IMG/VR virus record: IMGVR_UViG_3300025450_001231
Reading direction: 5' to 3' (one strand)
Length of the DNA: 64,000 bases
Source of the DNA: a virus
Lineage: Duplodnaviria > Caudoviricetes
This document shows positions 62,799-64,000 of the stretch, piece after piece (position 1 is the first letter of the stretch; each line of letters starts with the position of its first letter). The notes under the pieces are model-generated. The model ran no database searches and was not told the origin of the DNA. It worked only from the letters and a program-made list of their open reading frames with translations. The translations under genes and the position numbers were made by a program.

Positions 62799-63259
62799 GA
62801 CCATTAGCCCATTTAGGAGTCGGACCTAATTCCGAAGATTATAAATTATATTTGCTAGATCAACAATTATACGATGTGCTCACTGAGAGAGGAGAAAGTA
62901 TATTAGAAGATGCCATGAAAAAATTTATGGGCCACTATTATAACAATCCACCTTTACCAACGCTAATCGAATTAAACGAAAATTTTGATAAATGGTTGAA
63001 TAACAAACAGAATTTAGAAAAATTAAAAGCTCCAAAATCTTTAATAGATATAGCTGAAGAAAACATCACCGAGCTTTATCAAGACATTCAAAATAAAAAG
63101 TACGGATCAATGTCTGATTCTGTATATAAAAAATATCGAGAAGCTTATTTTGCAAAAGAAAACGAATGGCATAATTCAAAAGAAAAAGAAAAATTGTTGG
63201 ATGAAATCTATTCGTATAACGAAACTGAATATAATAAAATTAAAAACAAAATCAATTAA
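62795..63259 (+). CDS. AT-rich hypothetical protein
   Basis: 154 aa, Lys/Asn/Glu-rich, visibly more AT-rich than flanks. Confidence 0.55.
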   Translation: MRPLAHLGVGPNSEDYKLYLLDQQLYDVLTERGESILEDAMKKFMGHYYNNPPLPTLIELNENFDKWLNNKQNLEKLKAPKSLIDIAEENITELYQDIQNKKYGSMSDSVYKKYREAYFAKENEWHNSKEKEKLLDEIYSYNETEYNKIKNKIN

Positions 63260-63454
63260 ATGATTAAAAAAGCATTTGCAAGAATAGTCAGCGAAGTGTT
63301 ATACTACTTAGGACACTGGATAAGTTTTCCAATGAGTCGTTTTGATTGGGATTGGTTATATCCTGTGTACAATCAATTGATGACGTGGAGTATCGATACA
63401 CAAGATTGGGCAGGAAATGATAAACCGTGGGAGAACGTAGATGAGCACAGCTAA
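63260..63454 (+). CDS. small Trp-rich hypothetical protein
   Basis: 64 aa. Confidence 0.55.
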   Translation: MIKKAFARIVSEVLYYLGHWISFPMSRFDWDWLYPVYNQLMTWSIDTQDWAGNDKPWENVDEHS

Positions 63455-63677
63455 AGCAATAAGCGATGATCTAATAAAAAAACTTAGAAATCCTAATGTA
63501 AAAATGTATACAGTCAAAAGACAGATGTCCAAAAAATGGTTACCAAAAGGTGTTGCACCTTTTGATATTCATATTAAAAATGGTACAGGAACTTTCGAAG
63601 TACTTGCAGAAAGTCAAGAATCTGCAGAGTCAATGGTTGATGAGTTTTTAAGCGGGCAAGAGAATCATAATGATTAA
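63441..63677 (+). CDS. hypothetical protein
   Basis: 78 aa; GVAPFDIHI. Confidence 0.55.
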   Translation: MSTAKAISDDLIKKLRNPNVKMYTVKRQMSKKWLPKGVAPFDIHIKNGTGTFEVLAESQESAESMVDEFLSGQENHND

Positions 63678-64000
63678 AAGCCTTAGTAGCAGCGGCGATT
63701 GGTTGAATATAGCTGGCTCTGGCACCGGTGCCTCAATCTACATAGACAACTACAAGTTACAGCAAGGCCTAGCTGGGCAGGTTCGATATACTGGCGACCA
63801 TTTTGAAGTCAACGATGGCAACAGTTGGCGTCCTTTGTATGACAGTTATGCTACGATAGATGTTACTCATAAAGCTGATGCTGTGTTAAAATGGGCCTTC
63901 GAAAAAATGACCCAAGAACAAGAAGCAAAAGAATTGGCGACGAAACATCCAGCAGTTCAAGATGCTTTAGACTCTGTAAAAGATGCAGAAGACAAATTAA
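63670..64000 (+). CDS. hypothetical protein, truncated by window end
   Basis: ATG 63670, open to the end of the window. Confidence 0.55.
   Translation, partial: MIKSLSSSGDWLNIAGSGTGASIYIDNYKLQQGLAGQVRYTGDHFEVNDGNSWRPLYDSYATIDVTHKADAVLKWAFEKMTQEQEAKELATKHPAVQDALDSVKDAEDKL

Noticed and set aside
1-64000. Stop-codon reassignment, as seen in some large phages
   Set aside because: Conserved genes are full length and densely packed in the standard code

Overview
This is a 64-kb segment of a large, AT-rich, T4-like (jumbo/huge-type) dsDNA phage genome in the standard genetic code. Nearly all genes lie on the + strand; phoH and a homing-endonuclease remnant are the exceptions. Phage identity rests on a B-family DNA polymerase, sliding clamp, clamp loader, ATP-dependent ligase, T4 DsbA-like protein, baseplate/tail-fibre genes and a GH19 endolysin-spanin-holin lysis cassette. 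Two promoter classes are visible: host sigma70 TTGACA-17-TATAAT and T4-like late (TA)TAAATA. Host-like auxiliary genes include IF-1, SOD, rubrerythrin/rubredoxin, Dps, PhoH, GroES, DnaJ, ClpA and a PBP-type peptidase; a Gram-negative, possibly betaproteobacterial, host is inferred but not proven. The most striking observations are: (1) a late, translationally coupled operon of amino-acid binding protein, DAACS symporter, a T4-holin-T-like membrane protein and an Asp/Glu racemase; (2) modular late proteins whose in-frame modules are bounded by a recurring DNA junction CAAGGTGTGGC(G/A)GAA (QGVAE), suggesting a cassette-shuffling system for virion-packaged cargo; (3) a circularly permuted two-piece tmRNA gene with a 34-aa non-canonical tag; (4) a TGT/DpdA-QueD-FolE 7-deazaguanine cluster interleaved with two dehydrogenases and a glycosyltransferase; (5) two unexplained structured intergenic RNAs; (6) a holin with an FG-repeat tail. 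All family assignments come from motif recognition by eye; no database searches or folding programs were run.
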